This document shows, in pieces, positions 61,702-64,000 of a stretch of 64,000 nucleotides of DNA. The stretch is from assembly GCA_964247055.1 (NCBI GenBank), contig OZ176051.1, positions 8,370,001 to 8,434,000 of the forward strand. The letters run 5' to 3'. A program made the position numbers and the translations under genes. Position 1 is the stretch's first letter. Each line of letters opens with the position of its first letter. The DNA is from Paragordius varius. Lineage: Eukaryota > Animalia > Nematomorpha. Below the pieces are notes generated by a model. That model made no database searches. It was not told the origin of the DNA and saw only the letters and a list, made by a program, of their open reading frames with translations.

Positions 61702-62140
61702 TCAAAAAGAAATTAACAAGTTTAATGAATTCACAGTTAAATTTTAACTAGCTTTTAAATTTATTTTTAAACTTTTTTTATACCTACATTTCTAGTTTTA
61801 GGTACATTTAACTCACGTAAATAAATAATTAATGCTTTTTTTGGCATGGCGAAATTTCACATAATATGTATGTATTTCTAAATATTTTAAAATGGTGGTT
61901 TTTGTTGTGCATATTTTTATAAATAAACGCAGTTATAAATTAAGCTTTCCTTTAGTTTTTATCGATATTTAAAGAAAACTATAATATTTTTGTTTTGTTT
62001 TGGATGCACATATTTATATTGTGCCTATTGGTCAGGAAGTGTAAAATAATTCGACAGTTAGCTAAGACTTTATTTTGATTAAGTTTGATGTGACTGTTTC
62101 GAAATTTTCTCCACTTTGCGGCATGAATCATAAGTATGCC

Positions 62141-63400
62141 TAGGGTGACCAGATTTTTTGAAGGAAAGAGCGGGACAAATCTGAGAAAGGGGGGGGGGCA
62201 TCGGCGTACACCCAAAAATTATACAAAAAATTTATTGTGATATTTATTTATTTTAAAACAAATACTTTATAAATATAAAAAATATTTTATCCCTTGGTCT
62301 CAGGTTATTCGTACCTTATTCAATAAATTTACATGTGCAAGAACAAAGGGTGAAGCGATTGTAAGCAATGTCATTTCACAGATTCATTTTCTAAAATAGA
62401 AAAAGATTTGCAGAAAATTAATCTCATATCGCTATATTCTAATGCACAAAATTATTTTCCACTCTCATTCTTTAACCAGTGAAAATTCTGACATAAATTT
62501 TACCTCAATAATGAATATTCTGGAAAAAAATAATTTAAATGACAAAATCATCGCAAAGTGCGCTAGGTGGAAATGCAAGGAGCGGCACAAAAAATATTTT
62601 AAATAATTTAGCGAATAATCTTAACCAAAACATTATTGGGGGATACACAACTTTATTCAAACAGCTGCTGATTGTCCATGGATGATGAAAATGTAGTTGT
62701 AAAAATCCTAGGATATTGTAGAACTTGTTGGTTAGTTCTTTTGCCAGCTATTGAAAAAATTTTAAAAATGTATGATCGCCTAGAATCCTATTTTTTATCA
62801 CAGGACAAATGTCTTAAATTCCAAGTCAAGAAAGGTTAGAAAATAATTTTATACCATTAACCATCCGCAATATTATAAATATAGGAAAACAAGGCTAAAT
62901 AAACCGCCAAGATATCCTGTACTATATAAAAATGTTTTATACAAACTGTAAATATTATTGAAAGACTGGACGGTGCAAATCAATGAAATTGATCATTTTC
63001 ATTGGATAACATTAAAACCAGAATTTAATTGGTGCGATGTTCAAATATCATTTGATTACATCTGCATCTCCCAAAAATTCCCAACAAGTAATCTTTAAAA
63101 AATGATCTTTTTTCTGAAGTATCATTAGTTTATATTAATAATAAACTTAAATTATGGACAAGAGAAAAAAAAACAGTAGAAAAGAAATGGTAGAAATATT
63201 TTATCATTTTGAAATAAACTATGTTCCATACAATTATAAAAATTGTGGAATTTGCATTATATTTACCTGGATCCAACGCTGCTACTGAGCGCGTTTTTCC
63301 CACAGTAAATCAAGCGTGGACATCGGAAAAATCTTAAATGTTGAAACTTTAAAGGCCATTCATTCTGTTAAATATAATTTGACTCCTTGTGAAAACTTTT
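62141..63400 (+). mobile_element. hAT (Blackjack/Tip100-like) transposon relic
   Basis: Left end TAGGGTGACCAGAT at 62141. Broken ORF segments ILGYCRTCWLVLLPAIEKILKMY...SYFLSQDKC and PGSNAATERVF...WTSEK (hAT C-terminal motif). Right TIR not seen. Confidence 0.75.
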
Positions 63401-64000
63401 AGAATATTTTTAATAACATTTTGAAAGAGACAAGCTTGATTATATAGGAACTCTAACCATATACTTTGAAAAATTTTTTTCCAAAGTTACATTTGTCCTG
63501 TGATAAAAAATAGGATTTTAAAAGATCATACATTTTTTAAATTCTTTCCATAGCTTACAGAAGAGCTAACCAACGAGTTTTACAATATCCAAGCATTTTT
63601 TGATATTGAACTTCTGCATTTTCGCAGAATTCCTTAAGCGTTCAACGTGTACCGTGTATATAAAAATAAGAATATATTTTAACTACATTTTCTACATCTA
63701 GGGGTAACAAATCAGCAGCTGTTTGTATATCGTTGTGTATTATATGCGCTGCACACACAACGCCAATAATGTTTGATTAAGATTATCAGCTAATTTATGA
63801 AAAATATTTTTTGTACCCCTTCTTGTTTTTCCACCGAAGTTCGTATTGGTGTTGTCAGTGCAATATGCGATGATTTTGTCATTTAAATTATTTTTTTCTA
63901 GAATATTCATTATTGAAGTAAAAATTATGTCGGAATTTTCACCGGGAGCGAAATAAAATCTAAAATTAAATTTTTACTTCGGTTAGATTATAATATCTTA

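Overview
Very AT-rich, repeat-dense eukaryotic DNA, almost certainly animal. The taxon cannot be fixed from sequence alone; a parasitic invertebrate is a guess. I saw no rRNA, tRNA, CRISPR or prokaryotic features. Gene models were built by hand from GT-AG boundaries, phase continuity and remembered homology. Well supported: a 19-exon cullin-2 (7516-17790, -, 989 aa), a head-to-head cyclophilin B (19923-22852, +, 233 aa) and a two-exon rhodopsin-like orphan GPCR (30094-31941, -). Moderately supported: a very divergent neprilysin/M13-like gene (about 41.3-43.5 kb, -) and an orphan secreted-protein gene (58.7-61.7 kb, -, possibly extending to 52.0 kb). The rest is mostly mobile DNA: a non-autonomous Helitron family with tandem 5' ends, piggyBac-like and Tc1/mariner-like MITEs, long foldback palindromes, a Buster-type hAT with a perfect 8-bp TSD, and relics of Blackjack-hAT, Chapaev, IS630/Tc1 and Gypsy elements. 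Most notable: (1) obligatory 22-23 nt GT-AG introns at the 5' ends of cul2 and ppib, in genes whose other introns are 72-2000 nt; (2) an intact minimal hammerhead ribozyme capping a long hairpin inside an inverted-repeat element at about 46.0-46.3 kb, with a second degenerate one at 47.3 kb; (3) a double GNA-triloop hairpin with a compensatory base change at the Helitron 3' ends. Most short ORFs in the supplied track are spurious or are partial exons.
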